34,858 bases of DNA from Thermodesulfobacteriota bacterium (GCA_041572575.1 JBFFSH010000023.1:1-34858); one strand, 5' to 3'; counted from the first letter of the stretch, positions 1 through 9,560 are shown. Notes: generated by a model not told the origin, from the sequence alone. Numbers and translations: made by a program.

Positions 1-108
1 CATCTCTTGCATGTCTTGTTTTTTCCATATTTTGCGTGTGAAAAAATTCGTGATATTTTTCCCACTGTTAATTGCCATGAATACCGCTTTATCATTGCTC
101 TTTATCAT
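1..108 (-). CDS. 5' part of a hypothetical protein running off the window (MIKSNDKAVFMAINSGKNITNFF...)
   Basis: ATG at 108-106 with AGGAG (121-117) 8 nt upstream; 36 open codons to the window edge; not in the ORF track. Confidence 0.55.
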   Translation of the reverse strand, partial: MIKSNDKAVFMAINSGKNITNFFTRKIWKKQDMQEM

Positions 109-321
109 ATATACTACTCCTAACAACGTCTAATGCCCTAGAATATTATCTAAATTATATCCAGTAATAATTAAATATAATTAACATTAATCAATATGAA
201 TCTCAATAATAAAAAATTATCTCTTAAATGTAGAGTCTGCAAATAATATATATAAATCTCAATATAATAGCAGGAATAACTGTATTTATTCACTGAAAAA
301 ATTAATATCGAGGAGAAGAGA

Positions 322-807
322 ATGAATAAACGAGTGATTGGTACAATTTTAGTCATTATCGTAGCAGTAGTTTGGTATCTTTTCAGGCCGGAAAGATTGA
401 TAATCGATTCAAAAGTTAATGAGGATTTTCCTTCCGTACAAAATGACAAAAATGAAATTAAACCACAAATACTACTTAAGGGAACATTTTATGCAGTTGC
501 CCACCCCGCAAAGGGTACTGCTACGGTTTATAAACTATCCGACGGTAAACGCATACTCAGATTTACGAATTTTGAGGTATCAAACGGGCCGGACGTAGTG
601 GTATATTTATCCTCTGTTATAGATGCTAATGATAATGAATTGGTTAAAAACTCAAAGATTATTTCGCTTGGTTCAATTAAGGGCAATGTTGGAGACCAGA
701 ACTATGAGCTTCCTTCGGATATTGATTTTAATATTTATAAGTCAGTTGTAATATGGTGTAAAAGATTTGGTGTTAATTTTGCTGTTGCACCTTTAACTTC
801 AAGTTAG
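322..807 (+). CDS. DM13 domain-containing protein with N-terminal membrane anchor
   Basis: GTF..AHPAKGTA, NGPDVVVYLS, LGSIKGNVGDQNYELP, SVVIWCKRFGVNFA are typical DM13 motifs; GAGGAG RBS. Confidence 0.88.
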   Translation: MNKRVIGTILVIIVAVVWYLFRPERLIIDSKVNEDFPSVQNDKNEIKPQILLKGTFYAVAHPAKGTATVYKLSDGKRILRFTNFEVSNGPDVVVYLSSVIDANDNELVKNSKIISLGSIKGNVGDQNYELPSDIDFNIYKSVVIWCKRFGVNFAVAPLTSS

Positions 808-911
808 AAAAGAACATTTGTAGTAAAGAACATAATATAAAATTAATATTAAAGATTGTATGGTGATGGAGTATTATATTAAAATTATTTTAATAATTGG
901 AGCATAATACT

Positions 912-2519
912 ATGAGAACTCTTTTTATCGTAATTTCCATAGTTGTTGTAGTAGTTATATCGCTTGGAGGAATGTTCTTAAGTCCAAAGATATTTTTAAG
1001 TTTTATAGTCGTCATTCCACTTCTGGCTTTAGGTTTATGGGATTATTTTCAAACAAAGCATGCAGTTTTGAGGAATTTTCCAATAGTTGGGCATGCGAGA
1101 TATATCCTCGAATTAATAAGACCTGAGATTAATCAGTACTTTATCGAATCGAATACCGATGGAGTTCCGTTTAGCAGAGAGCAGCGTACTATAGTTTATC
1201 AGAGAGCAAAAAAAGTTCTCGATACTTTACCTTTTGGAACACAAAAAAATGTTTATGAGATTGGGTATGAGTGGTTAAATCATTCATTAAAACCTGTTCA
1301 TGTGGATATGAAAGACTTAAGGGTTACTATTGGCGGTCCACAGTGCAAAAAACCTTATTCAGCTAGTATTCTAAACATTTCGGCTATGAGTTTTGGTGCT
1401 CTTAGCTCAAATGCGGTCATGGCGCTAAATGAAGGTGCTAAAATGGGTAATTTTGCTCACAATACCGGTGAGGGAGGTATTAGTTCTTATCACAAAATGG
1501 GTGGGGATTTAATATGGCAAATTGGTACGGGATATTTTGGCTGCAGAACTGAAGATGGGTGCTTTTGTCCAAAGCAGTTTGAAGAAAAATCAAAGATGGA
1601 TCAGGTCAAAATGATAGAGATAAAAATATCGCAGGGTGCAAAACCTGGTCATGGAGGAATACTCCCTGCTGCAAAAATCACTCCCGAGATTGCTGAGATT
1701 AGAAGTGTACCTATGGGAAAAGATGTTAACTCACCCCCGGCACATAAAGAATTTTTAACCCCTTTTGGCCTAATGGAATTTGTGAAAAAACTAAGAGACC
1801 TATCAGGTGGTAAGCCAATAGGTTTTAAACTCTGTATTGGAAAGAGAAGAGAATTCTTGGCAATCTGTAAAGCAATTGTTAAAACAGGTATTTATCCGGA
1901 TTTTATATCGGTAGATGGTGGAGAAGGAGGCACAGGGGCAGCACCTCTGGAATTTTCAAACCATTTGGGAACGCCACTAACCTCAGGGCTGATATTTGTT
2001 CATAATGCTCTTGTCGGATTTTCTTTAAGAGACAAGATAAAGGTAATATCAAGCGGGAAAATAGCCTCTGGTTTTGGAATCATTAAGCAGTTGTGCATAG
2101 GTGCCGACCTTTGTTATTCTGCAAGGGCAATGATGATGGCTCTTGGATGTATTCAGGCCTTAAGATGTAATTCCAATCACTGCCCGGTGGGTGTAACTAC
2201 TCAAAATCCTGAATTGGTTGCAGGGCTTGTAGTATCAGATAAGAAACAAAGAGTGGCAAACTATCATTATGAAACCATTGAAAGCGTAGCTGAAATGATT
2301 GGAGCTATGGGAATATCAAAAACCGAAGATCTTAGAAACTGGCACATCACAAAAAGAGTCGGACCTAATGAGCTAAAGCACTATGGGGAAATCTATCATT
2401 ATTTAAATGATGGTGATTTGTTAAAAGAAGAACTACCGAAAGATTATGCAAGAGCATGCAAGGCAGCAGTTGCAGAATCGTTTGATCATATAGAAGATAT
2501 TTCTAAAAGGTTTAATTAA
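912..2519 (+). CDS. FMN-binding glutamate synthase family protein (YerD-like, membrane-anchored)
   Basis: ISAMSFGALS, NTGEGG, EIKISQGAKPGHGG, DGGEGGTGAAP and [3Fe-4S] motif CIQALRCNSNHCP; N-terminal TM helices; ATG 912 behind GGAG (899-902) preferred over TTG 897. Confidence 0.92.
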   Translation: MRTLFIVISIVVVVVISLGGMFLSPKIFLSFIVVIPLLALGLWDYFQTKHAVLRNFPIVGHARYILELIRPEINQYFIESNTDGVPFSREQRTIVYQRAKKVLDTLPFGTQKNVYEIGYEWLNHSLKPVHVDMKDLRVTIGGPQCKKPYSASILNISAMSFGALSSNAVMALNEGAKMGNFAHNTGEGGISSYHKMGGDLIWQIGTGYFGCRTEDGCFCPKQFEEKSKMDQVKMIEIKISQGAKPGHGGILPAAKITPEIAEIRSVPMGKDVNSPPAHKEFLTPFGLMEFVKKLRDLSGGKPIGFKLCIGKRREFLAICKAIVKTGIYPDFISVDGGEGGTGAAPLEFSNHLGTPLTSGLIFVHNALVGFSLRDKIKVISSGKIASGFGIIKQLCIGADLCYSARAMMMALGCIQALRCNSNHCPVGVTTQNPELVAGLVVSDKKQRVANYHYETIESVAEMIGAMGISKTEDLRNWHITKRVGPNELKHYGEIYHYLNDGDLLKEELPKDYARACKAAVAESFDHIEDISKRFN

Positions 2520-2545
2520 TTAAATAATTACTTGATGAATTAACA

Positions 2546-2578
2546 ATAAAGACCCTTGTTCAATTAGAGGGTCTTTAT
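2546..2578. terminator. Probable bidirectional intrinsic terminator
   Basis: Perfect 11-bp inverted repeat ATAAAGACCCT (2546-2556) / AGGGTCTTTAT (2568-2578) between convergent genes. Confidence 0.7.
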
Positions 2579-2610
2579 CCTAATTAATCAGGCAATTCAT
2601 TTATAAATGA

Positions 2611-3123
2611 TCAATATTGAAAATACCCCAGTAAATATGGGAAAAGGTTAAAGTATGCATAACCATGATTTGATGCATGGTGACCATATCTATAGTTGTA
2701 GTGGTCATGATGTTTCTTATAGTGGTGTCTGTGATGATAGTCACCATGGTAATGTTTTTTATGATGTTTTACATGATGATTCTTGTGTCTATGATGTCTC
2801 TTTGATTTATAATAGTTGTATTCATGATCATGGCCGTAATTTTTATTATGGCCCTTATAATGACCATAATGCCTCTTGTGTTGTTTTTTGTATCCATGAT
2901 AATAATCATCATTGTATTTATGGTGCTTATAATGTTTCCTGTCCTGCTTATAATGATAATAATCATGCTTTAAGTGCTTTTCGGCATGTGGATATTTTTT
3001 ATGACCACTTTTGTTATACTTTTTACCATGTCCGTCATAATACTTGTCTTTTGCTAGGGTTGGGTTTGTATTTAGCAAAAGCAATAAACCAAACAGACTT
3101 GCAAATATAATTAATTTTCTCAT
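2611..3123 (-). CDS. Secreted low-complexity His/Tyr/Lys-rich protein
   Basis: AGGAGGT RBS 7 nt upstream; Sec signal MRKLIIFASLFGLLLLLNTNPTLA; mature part about 60% H+Y+K by hand count. Confidence 0.85.
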   Translation of the reverse strand: MRKLIIFASLFGLLLLLNTNPTLAKDKYYDGHGKKYNKSGHKKYPHAEKHLKHDYYHYKQDRKHYKHHKYNDDYYHGYKKQHKRHYGHYKGHNKNYGHDHEYNYYKSKRHHRHKNHHVKHHKKHYHGDYHHRHHYKKHHDHYNYRYGHHASNHGYAYFNLFPYLLGYFQY

Positions 3124-3254
3124 TTCATTTACCTCCTAAATCATATTTTGCATATATAAACTGATATCATTTCCTTTAGTTTCATAAAATAAATTGATAA
3201 GTTTAGAAGCTGTGATTAAAATGGCATCATAAGAAAAGTTAATTAATTCAAGAA

Positions 3255-4007
3255 ATGTATAAATCAAAAGAGATAATACTGCCTGTTATAGTTATATTGC
3301 TGCTGCTTATTACTCCCTTGTGGATGATCTGTACTTATTATGGAGAATATTCTTACTATGATGAATTATCTAAAGACGGTATTCAGACTGGTGCCCGCCT
3401 TGATAATAAAGAAATTAAAACTGACAAATCCGGAATATTCAGTTTATTTATAGCAGACAGTACAGAAAATTATAGGCTTACTGCTGGTTATTATATAAAT
3501 ACAGACAGTTATATAAGATGTGAATTTGGTGTATCCAAAGATACCTTTTACTCCATTGGATTGAGGGATGAATTATTGGTGGTATATCCACCATCTAATC
3601 CCACAAAATGCACTTTAACAGATGGAGTAGAAATAAGCAGATATTTTTTATTAATTACATTAATATTTGCACTATTTATTTTAATACTGGGTATTGGATT
3701 TATATACTATGTTTATAAATCTTACGCTAAACCTACTCCAGACAAACTCATAAAACCCACAACTAACTTGGGTATAGATGCAAATGGAGTTATTTGTCCA
3801 AAGTGTAAAAGCAATATGACAGAAGGATATATGCCAACAGTAGGTGGAGTTGCCTGGAGGGACAGTGATGAGCCTATTGGTATTCCGACAATGTTCACAG
3901 GTCTACCCGGGACAACTTTCTGGGTAAAGAGACCACTTCTTCATGCATTTCATTGTAAAGAGTGTGAGATCATAACATTTAAGTATGGAAAAGATTCTAA
4001 TAATTGA
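3255..4007 (+). CDS. Membrane protein: DUF3592-like TM-beta-TM unit fused to a C-terminal DUF6487-like zinc ribbon
   Basis: Two TM helices flanking a beta-rich segment ending VYPPSNP; C-terminal CPKC..MTEGY..W..AFHCKEC. Confidence 0.6.
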   Translation: MYKSKEIILPVIVILLLLITPLWMICTYYGEYSYYDELSKDGIQTGARLDNKEIKTDKSGIFSLFIADSTENYRLTAGYYINTDSYIRCEFGVSKDTFYSIGLRDELLVVYPPSNPTKCTLTDGVEISRYFLLITLIFALFILILGIGFIYYVYKSYAKPTPDKLIKPTTNLGIDANGVICPKCKSNMTEGYMPTVGGVAWRDSDEPIGIPTMFTGLPGTTFWVKRPLLHAFHCKECEIITFKYGKDSNN

Positions 4008-4055
4008 CATTTATTTATAACAATTAAACCTATATAAAAGTATTATTAAATTAAT

Positions 4056-4427
4056 ATGTCTAATCAGAAAAACGTATTTGGAGAAGATTTACAGGACTGT
4101 TCATTAAAACCTCTTACAGGTTTTTTTAGAGATGGTTGCTGTAACACAGATGCCACTGATCTTGGTTTGCACGTGGTTTGTGTTGAAGTCTCCGAGCAGT
4201 TCTTGGAATTTTCTAGAATAAAAGGAAACGATCTTTCTACTCCAAATCCTGATTTGCAGTTTCCAGGACTAAAACCAGGAGACCGCTGGTGTCTTTGTGC
4301 TTTAAGGTGGAAGGAGGCATTAGATGCAGGTGTTGCACCACCTGTTATACTATCTTCAACCAATGAGGTTGTGTTGGAATTAATTTCTTTAGAAGATCTT
4401 AAAAAATATGCAATAGATATGATTTAA
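4056..4427 (+). CDS. DUF2237 family protein
   Basis: NVFGEDLQDCS..PLTGFFRDGCC, GNDLSTP, FPGLKPGDRWCLCALRW. Confidence 0.93.
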   Translation: MSNQKNVFGEDLQDCSLKPLTGFFRDGCCNTDATDLGLHVVCVEVSEQFLEFSRIKGNDLSTPNPDLQFPGLKPGDRWCLCALRWKEALDAGVAPPVILSSTNEVVLELISLEDLKKYAIDMI

Positions 4428-4456
4428 TAAAATATTTAATAAAAGGAGTCAGCCAT

Positions 4457-4891
4457 ATGAAATATAATTTTTTGTTTGCATTTATTCTATCTTTAGTGTT
4501 ATTAAATGTCATTTCTGCTACTGCTCAGGAAAACTCAAAATTTTATATTGATGGGCAGATACATCCTGATTATTCAATAAAAATAATGGTTAATGGCAAA
4601 TTAGTAAATGAAGTCATTCCTGCTCAGGACTCAGTGAAAATATTTGTATTTGATCTTGAAAAGGGTGTAGTCAAACAGGGTGAGAATATTGTTGGAGTTC
4701 AGTACAATGTTGTAAGAAAAATAAGCGCAGATGTAGGAAGCAGCCGAAGCTTCAGATTTAATATTCGTTATCAGTCAGATATAGATGATAATTCAACTGT
4801 ACAAAAATTAATTAAAATTAAAGGTCCCGAAAAACCATTTCCTGAAATTGGAACTACCGATAAAATTATAGAAAATTTTATGTTTGAGTAA
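4457..4891 (+). CDS. Secreted hypothetical protein
   Basis: AAGGAG RBS; signal peptide ending ATA-Q; beta-rich mature region, no family recognised. Confidence 0.75.
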   Translation: MKYNFLFAFILSLVLLNVISATAQENSKFYIDGQIHPDYSIKIMVNGKLVNEVIPAQDSVKIFVFDLEKGVVKQGENIVGVQYNVVRKISADVGSSRSFRFNIRYQSDIDDNSTVQKLIKIKGPEKPFPEIGTTDKIIENFMFE

Positions 4892-5063
4892 TTATTGTAA
4901 TATATATACAACAACTTTTTTAAGTCTAAATATAGTAAATCCCTAAAATTACGATAAATATTCCAAACTCTTGAATCACCGTATTGTTAAATAATATCCA
5001 TTATTATTGTATTGTTATGTAGAATACTTAAAGTAATGGTTTAGTTGTGATATAATAATAAAC

Positions 5064-6800
5064 ATGAAAGAATGTAAGACTCTTAAATTACTGCTCAGAA
5101 CTTTAACTAGATGCTTTATTATATCTTTCGTTCTTATATTATCTGATACCTATAATATATCTGCACAGCAAAGCAACAGTAATAATCATACATCGAGCAG
5201 GGGGATTATTAACAATCCGGAGCGTCAATTTTTAATTAAATCACTGCAAAAAACCAATAAAATAGGTGTAAATGAGTTCAGGACTATAGATGGTAGTGGA
5301 AACAACCTAAATGACAATGAAATGGGTTCTGCATTTATTCAACTGAAGAGGATTAAAGATTATGATTATTCAGACGGAATATCAGAACTATCAGGTAAAA
5401 ACAGAAAAAGCCCAAGGGAGATAAGTAATATAGTAAATGATCAGGGTGAAAGTATTGTAAATAAATTTCATACTACAGACTTTCTATGGCAGTGGGGCCA
5501 GTTTCTAGACCATGATATTGATTTAACAGATGCAGCTGATCCGGTAGAACCAGCATTCATTGATGTTCCCCCGGGAGATCCGTTCTTTGATCATAATAGT
5601 GCAGGTCAGATGATAATACCTTTTAACCGTTCAATATATGATGATAAATCCGGAACTGATAAGACTAATCCACGCCAGCAGCTAAATGAAATAACAGGAT
5701 GGATTGATGCTTCAAATGTTTATGGTTCGGATCTGCAAAGAGCAGCAGAACTCAGAACTTATGACGGAACCGGAAAGCTTAAGACCAGCAAAGGTGATTT
5801 GCTGCCATTTAACATAAATGGTTTTCCTAACGCTGGCGGACCAGGTGCAAATCTTTTCCTCGCAGGAGATGTGCGTGCTAATGAACAGGTTGGTCTTACT
5901 GCCATGCATACATTATTTGTGCGTGAGCATAACAGATTGGCAGAGGATATTACTAAAAATAATGAAAATTTAACGGGCAATGAGATTTTTGAAAGAGCAA
6001 GGGAGATTGTAGCGGCTCAAATGCAGACCATAACATATTATGAATTTCTGCCTGCTTTAATCGGACATAATGCAATAGGAACATATAAAAATTATAATCC
6101 CGATATAAATGCTTCTATTATGAACAGTTTTTCCACGGCTGCTTACAGGTTTGGGCACAGTGCTTTAAGCGCCACTTTATTGCGTCTGGATTCTAAGGGT
6201 AATGAAATAAATGCAGGTAACCTGGATCTTAGAGAAGCATTTTTTTCTCCTTCTGAAATAATTAATGAGGGTATAGAGCCTCTGCTTAGAGGTTTAGCAA
6301 GACAAAAACATCAAAGTATCGATGTATATATCATAGATGATGTAAGAAATTTTCTTTTTGGAGAGCCTGGACATGGAGGATTTGATTTAGCCTCATTAAA
6401 CATACAAAGGGGAAGGGATCATGGACTTCCCTCGTATAATGATATGAGAGAGGCTGTCGGACTACAAAGAGTGGATTCTTTTTCGGAAATAACAACTGAC
6501 AAAGATATACAAAGGCGTTTAAGCGAATCATACGTTACTGTTGATGATATAGACCTGTGGATCGGGGGTCTTGCAGAGGATACTTACAGAAATTCTCAGT
6601 TAGGCAGATTATTTACTAAACTTATTGTATTGCAGTTTAAGTCTTTAAGAGATGGAGACAGGTTCTGGTTTGAAAGAACACTTAGTGAAGAGGAAATAAG
6701 AGAAATAAAAAATACCAAACTCTCTGATATAATCATTAGAAACACAGATATAAAGAAAGGAGAAATCCAAAAAAATGTGTTTAAGATAAAAAACAGATAA
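5064..6800 (+). CDS. Secreted animal-type heme peroxidase (peroxidase-cyclooxygenase superfamily)
   Basis: RTIDGSGNN; distal WGQFLDHD; Ca loop ITGWIDASNVYGS; GDVRANEQ; HTLFVREHNR; proximal YRFGHS; NIQRGRDHG; LRDGDRFWFE; N-terminal signal-like segment. Confidence 0.95.
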   Translation: MKECKTLKLLLRTLTRCFIISFVLILSDTYNISAQQSNSNNHTSSRGIINNPERQFLIKSLQKTNKIGVNEFRTIDGSGNNLNDNEMGSAFIQLKRIKDYDYSDGISELSGKNRKSPREISNIVNDQGESIVNKFHTTDFLWQWGQFLDHDIDLTDAADPVEPAFIDVPPGDPFFDHNSAGQMIIPFNRSIYDDKSGTDKTNPRQQLNEITGWIDASNVYGSDLQRAAELRTYDGTGKLKTSKGDLLPFNINGFPNAGGPGANLFLAGDVRANEQVGLTAMHTLFVREHNRLAEDITKNNENLTGNEIFERAREIVAAQMQTITYYEFLPALIGHNAIGTYKNYNPDINASIMNSFSTAAYRFGHSALSATLLRLDSKGNEINAGNLDLREAFFSPSEIINEGIEPLLRGLARQKHQSIDVYIIDDVRNFLFGEPGHGGFDLASLNIQRGRDHGLPSYNDMREAVGLQRVDSFSEITTDKDIQRRLSESYVTVDDIDLWIGGLAEDTYRNSQLGRLFTKLIVLQFKSLRDGDRFWFERTLSEEEIREIKNTKLSDIIIRNTDIKKGEIQKNVFKIKNR

Positions 6801-6887
6801 TCGCCCGTTATTCAAACTGTTAAATAATAAAACATTTTTAATAATATATCGTATTATTATAGTAAATATATATTATGGGAGACAGAT

Positions 6888-7310
6888 ATGATTAGAGGAA
6901 TATTCTTGCTGGCGATTTCATTATTTGCGTTAAGTTTGCAGGCATCGGCTTGTGAAATATCAGGCTATAACCAGGGAATTTCATCAAACTTTACATATAA
7001 AAATAAACAATATAAATCCATGCTTCCACTACAAAAAATTGTCAGCAGCTCTGATTTTAATATTGAATCATCTAAATTTCCAAAAGATATTTCAGAAATA
7101 ATTAATATTGGTAAAACCGTTGTTAAGAAGGTTGATAGTGAACTAAACTGGGAAGTCGAAGGCCTCGGACTTTATAAATATAACTACAGCAACTGTAAAT
7201 ATTGGTATTATCAGATTAACTACAGGGCTAATAACCAATATATTTATATAAATATAGGATTAAACGGTGAAACACCTGAATTATACAGAATTGACGAAAC
7301 ACCTATCTAG
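6888..7310 (+). CDS. Secreted hypothetical protein
   Basis: GGGAG RBS; signal peptide ending ASA; two Cys in the mature part. Confidence 0.7.
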   Translation: MIRGIFLLAISLFALSLQASACEISGYNQGISSNFTYKNKQYKSMLPLQKIVSSSDFNIESSKFPKDISEIINIGKTVVKKVDSELNWEVEGLGLYKYNYSNCKYWYYQINYRANNQYIYINIGLNGETPELYRIDETPI

Positions 7311-7355
7311 TAAATAAATTATATAAATATGTAATTATTTATGTAACATTCTTTT

Positions 7356-8477
7356 GTGAGTAAAGAATTAATATTTGGAATTATAGGTGGAGGTCCTGCC
7401 GGGCTTGCAACTGCAATTTGTCTTGCTGAAAAAAATTATAAAGTAACCCTCTTTGAAATGAACTCATTCCCTGCTGATAAAGTATGCGGAGAGGGGATTA
7501 TGCCCACCGGTGTTAAATTTCTGGAAAGGCATGGAGTTCTTGGTCTAATAAACAAATCCGATCGTAATGAATTCTACGGAGTCAGATACATTCCGAATAA
7601 TTCAAAACAAATTGAGGGAAGATTTAAACCCGGACATGGGCTTGGAATAAGAAGGACAGTACTTAGTGAGGCTCTATATAAGAAAGCAAAGCAATATGAA
7701 AATGTAATAATAAAAGAAAATAGTGAACTAATCGATATATATGAGAATGATAGTCTAGTTGGGATAGAAATAAAAGAGGGGGAAAATAAAAAGAAGCATG
7801 AATTTGATTATTTAATTGGTTGTGACGGTATAAGGTCTAAGGTTAGGAAATTATGCGATCTTGATAGTAATAAGTATATTGAAAATCAAAGAATCGGAGC
7901 CAGGATGCATTTTGAGATTGAGCCCTGGTCTGATCTTGTTGACGTATACTGGAAAGATTATATAGAAGCATATGTTACACCAGTAGGAAATAAATTAGTA
8001 CAGTTAGCCTTCTTATGGGATAACAAGTTTGTCAGGCCGCAGGCTGGTGCAAGGATGGATGAAAGGCTCAAAGAATTATTCCCTGAACTGTTTCAGAGGG
8101 TAGAGGGCTGCAATCAGGTTTCAAAACTAAAAACAGTGGGGCCGATATCTGCAGCATCCAAAAGTGTTTATAAAAACAGAGTGTTACTGCTTGGAGACGC
8201 CTATGTCTATCTGGACGGTATAACTGGAGAGGGAATATCAATTGCATTTAAAGAGGCTGAGTGCCTGGCTGCATCATTAGATAGTTTTAGTGAGGCTTTC
8301 TTTGAAAGCTATGAAAAAGAAGTAAAACGTATTACAAGTAAGTATTTGAGTATGACAAAACTGGCACTTCTACTCTCTTATTATCCTATTCTCAGAAGAA
8401 TCACATTTCCTTTTATATCGAACAAATTCTTTTCACGTGCACTTGAGATTAATATGGGAAGAGAGAAATGGATTTAA
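7356..8477 (+). CDS. FAD-dependent oxidoreductase/monooxygenase (geranylgeranyl-reductase-like fold)
   Basis: GGGPAG dinucleotide motif, DKVCGEG, GCDGIRSKVR, LLGDA..DGITGEGI; GTG start. Confidence 0.88.
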   Translation: MSKELIFGIIGGGPAGLATAICLAEKNYKVTLFEMNSFPADKVCGEGIMPTGVKFLERHGVLGLINKSDRNEFYGVRYIPNNSKQIEGRFKPGHGLGIRRTVLSEALYKKAKQYENVIIKENSELIDIYENDSLVGIEIKEGENKKKHEFDYLIGCDGIRSKVRKLCDLDSNKYIENQRIGARMHFEIEPWSDLVDVYWKDYIEAYVTPVGNKLVQLAFLWDNKFVRPQAGARMDERLKELFPELFQRVEGCNQVSKLKTVGPISAASKSVYKNRVLLLGDAYVYLDGITGEGISIAFKEAECLAASLDSFSEAFFESYEKEVKRITSKYLSMTKLALLLSYYPILRRITFPFISNKFFSRALEINMGREKWI

Positions 8478-8495
8478 GTAAATTGCGCTGAATTT

Positions 8496-9035
8496 ATGAC
8501 ATACAATAACATCAAATTTGATGATTCAACCCCAGCAGAACTTTTCGTGGAAATGTTTTGGGTCTTTGCGTTAATTTCAGGTTTTTTTATAATTCTTGGA
8601 ATAGGAATAATCTGGAGTTCGAGAGTTGAATTGTATGAAAAGATTTTGTCCGAAGGAGTAAAAGGTAGAGAATTAGAAATAGATTTCGATTCAGCTAGTA
8701 AGGGTAGGGCGGGAAGACCGCAATACAGTTCTTCTTATTATAATATTCAATTTAAATTCAAAGATAATAGCGGCAGGGAATATATGGATTATGCAAGCAT
8801 GTCGGTAATAAAATACCAGGAATTAGCTGCATCTTTCGATCATGTGCATAGAGATCCTGGTGATGATGTAAGACTACTCTATCTCCCTGATGACCCTCAT
8901 AAAAACTGGTTATATCCGTACGAAGAGGCGGATTATCCTCAGTATTATGGTGGATGGGGATTGATAATATTAAGTATAGGTTTTGTGATAGTTGGTGCGA
9001 TTGCAAGATACATACTTAAAAGTAGAAATATGTAA
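8496..9035 (+). CDS. Two-TM membrane protein, DUF3592-like
   Basis: TM, beta-rich loop with G..V.LLYLPDDP, second TM. Confidence 0.6.
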   Translation: MTYNNIKFDDSTPAELFVEMFWVFALISGFFIILGIGIIWSSRVELYEKILSEGVKGRELEIDFDSASKGRAGRPQYSSSYYNIQFKFKDNSGREYMDYASMSVIKYQELAASFDHVHRDPGDDVRLLYLPDDPHKNWLYPYEEADYPQYYGGWGLIILSIGFVIVGAIARYILKSRNM

Positions 9036-9050
9036 GTTAGCTAATAACAA

Positions 9051-9560
9051 ATGAAACTACATACTGATTTCACTATAAACGGCAAACATTATCCCAAAGG
9101 AAGTGAATATAATGGGAAGTTTATATATGCATTCTTTCTATTCCATATGGCCATGTTCGGCGGATCAGGATTTCTTATGGCATACAACAGTAATGTTGAG
9201 CTCTCATTTCTGTATATGCATGGCGGTTTTGCAATATTAATTTATACAATATTTTATTTTGCAATATTCGGGTTTGATACAGTCAAATGGATGTTTATAA
9301 ATGCCGGATTGGGGCTGTTTGGTATATACGCTGAAATTAATTGGTTACTGTCTTTATTCGGCAAACAAGCCAGTGATTTCTCACGGAAGGTACATGTCAT
9401 CCCCTTCTTATATTATGTACTCTATACATTTTTAATAAGACAAGCTGTTTTGGATTTTGTTGGGGTAAGAGATGATCCTGAAAGAACCAAGAAAACAAAT
9501 ATATGGTATGTGATTGTTTCTTTAGTGATTTATTCGATTATATATATTATACAGAAATAA
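9051..9560 (+). CDS. Hypothetical multi-pass membrane protein
   Basis: About five hydrophobic segments; 15 nt after the previous gene, same strand. Confidence 0.75.
   Translation: MKLHTDFTINGKHYPKGSEYNGKFIYAFFLFHMAMFGGSGFLMAYNSNVELSFLYMHGGFAILIYTIFYFAIFGFDTVKWMFINAGLGLFGIYAEINWLLSLFGKQASDFSRKVHVIPFLYYVLYTFLIRQAVLDFVGVRDDPERTKKTNIWYVIVSLVIYSIIYIIQK

Noticed and set aside
171..449. 92-aa minus-strand ORF
   Set aside because: Antisense overlap with the well-supported DM13 gene, running into AT-rich intergenic DNA; no RBS or motif.
809..833. AAAGAACAT direct repeat as a LexA-type box
   Set aside because: Spacing is 16 bp, not the 11 bp of GAAC-N7-GAAC; short and AT-rich.
2655..3110. His/Cys/Asp-rich plus-strand ORF (151 aa) and nested Ile-rich ORF 2769-2966
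   Set aside because: Shadows of the repetitive CAT/TAT/AAA codons of the minus-strand gene, which has the RBS and signal peptide.
4895..4911. TTGTA-N7-TACAA palindrome upstream of the peroxidase
   Set aside because: Spacing fits neither NtcA (GTA-N8-TAC) nor LexA; expected by chance in AT-rich DNA.
7325..7340. 16-mer AAATATGTAATTATTT also present at 29047-29062
   Set aside because: Almost all A/T; one such match among the intergenic regions is plausible by chance.
7356..8477. Flavin-dependent halogenase partnering the peroxidase
   Set aside because: No WxWxIP halogenase motif; motifs fit a GGR-like oxidoreductase/monooxygenase.
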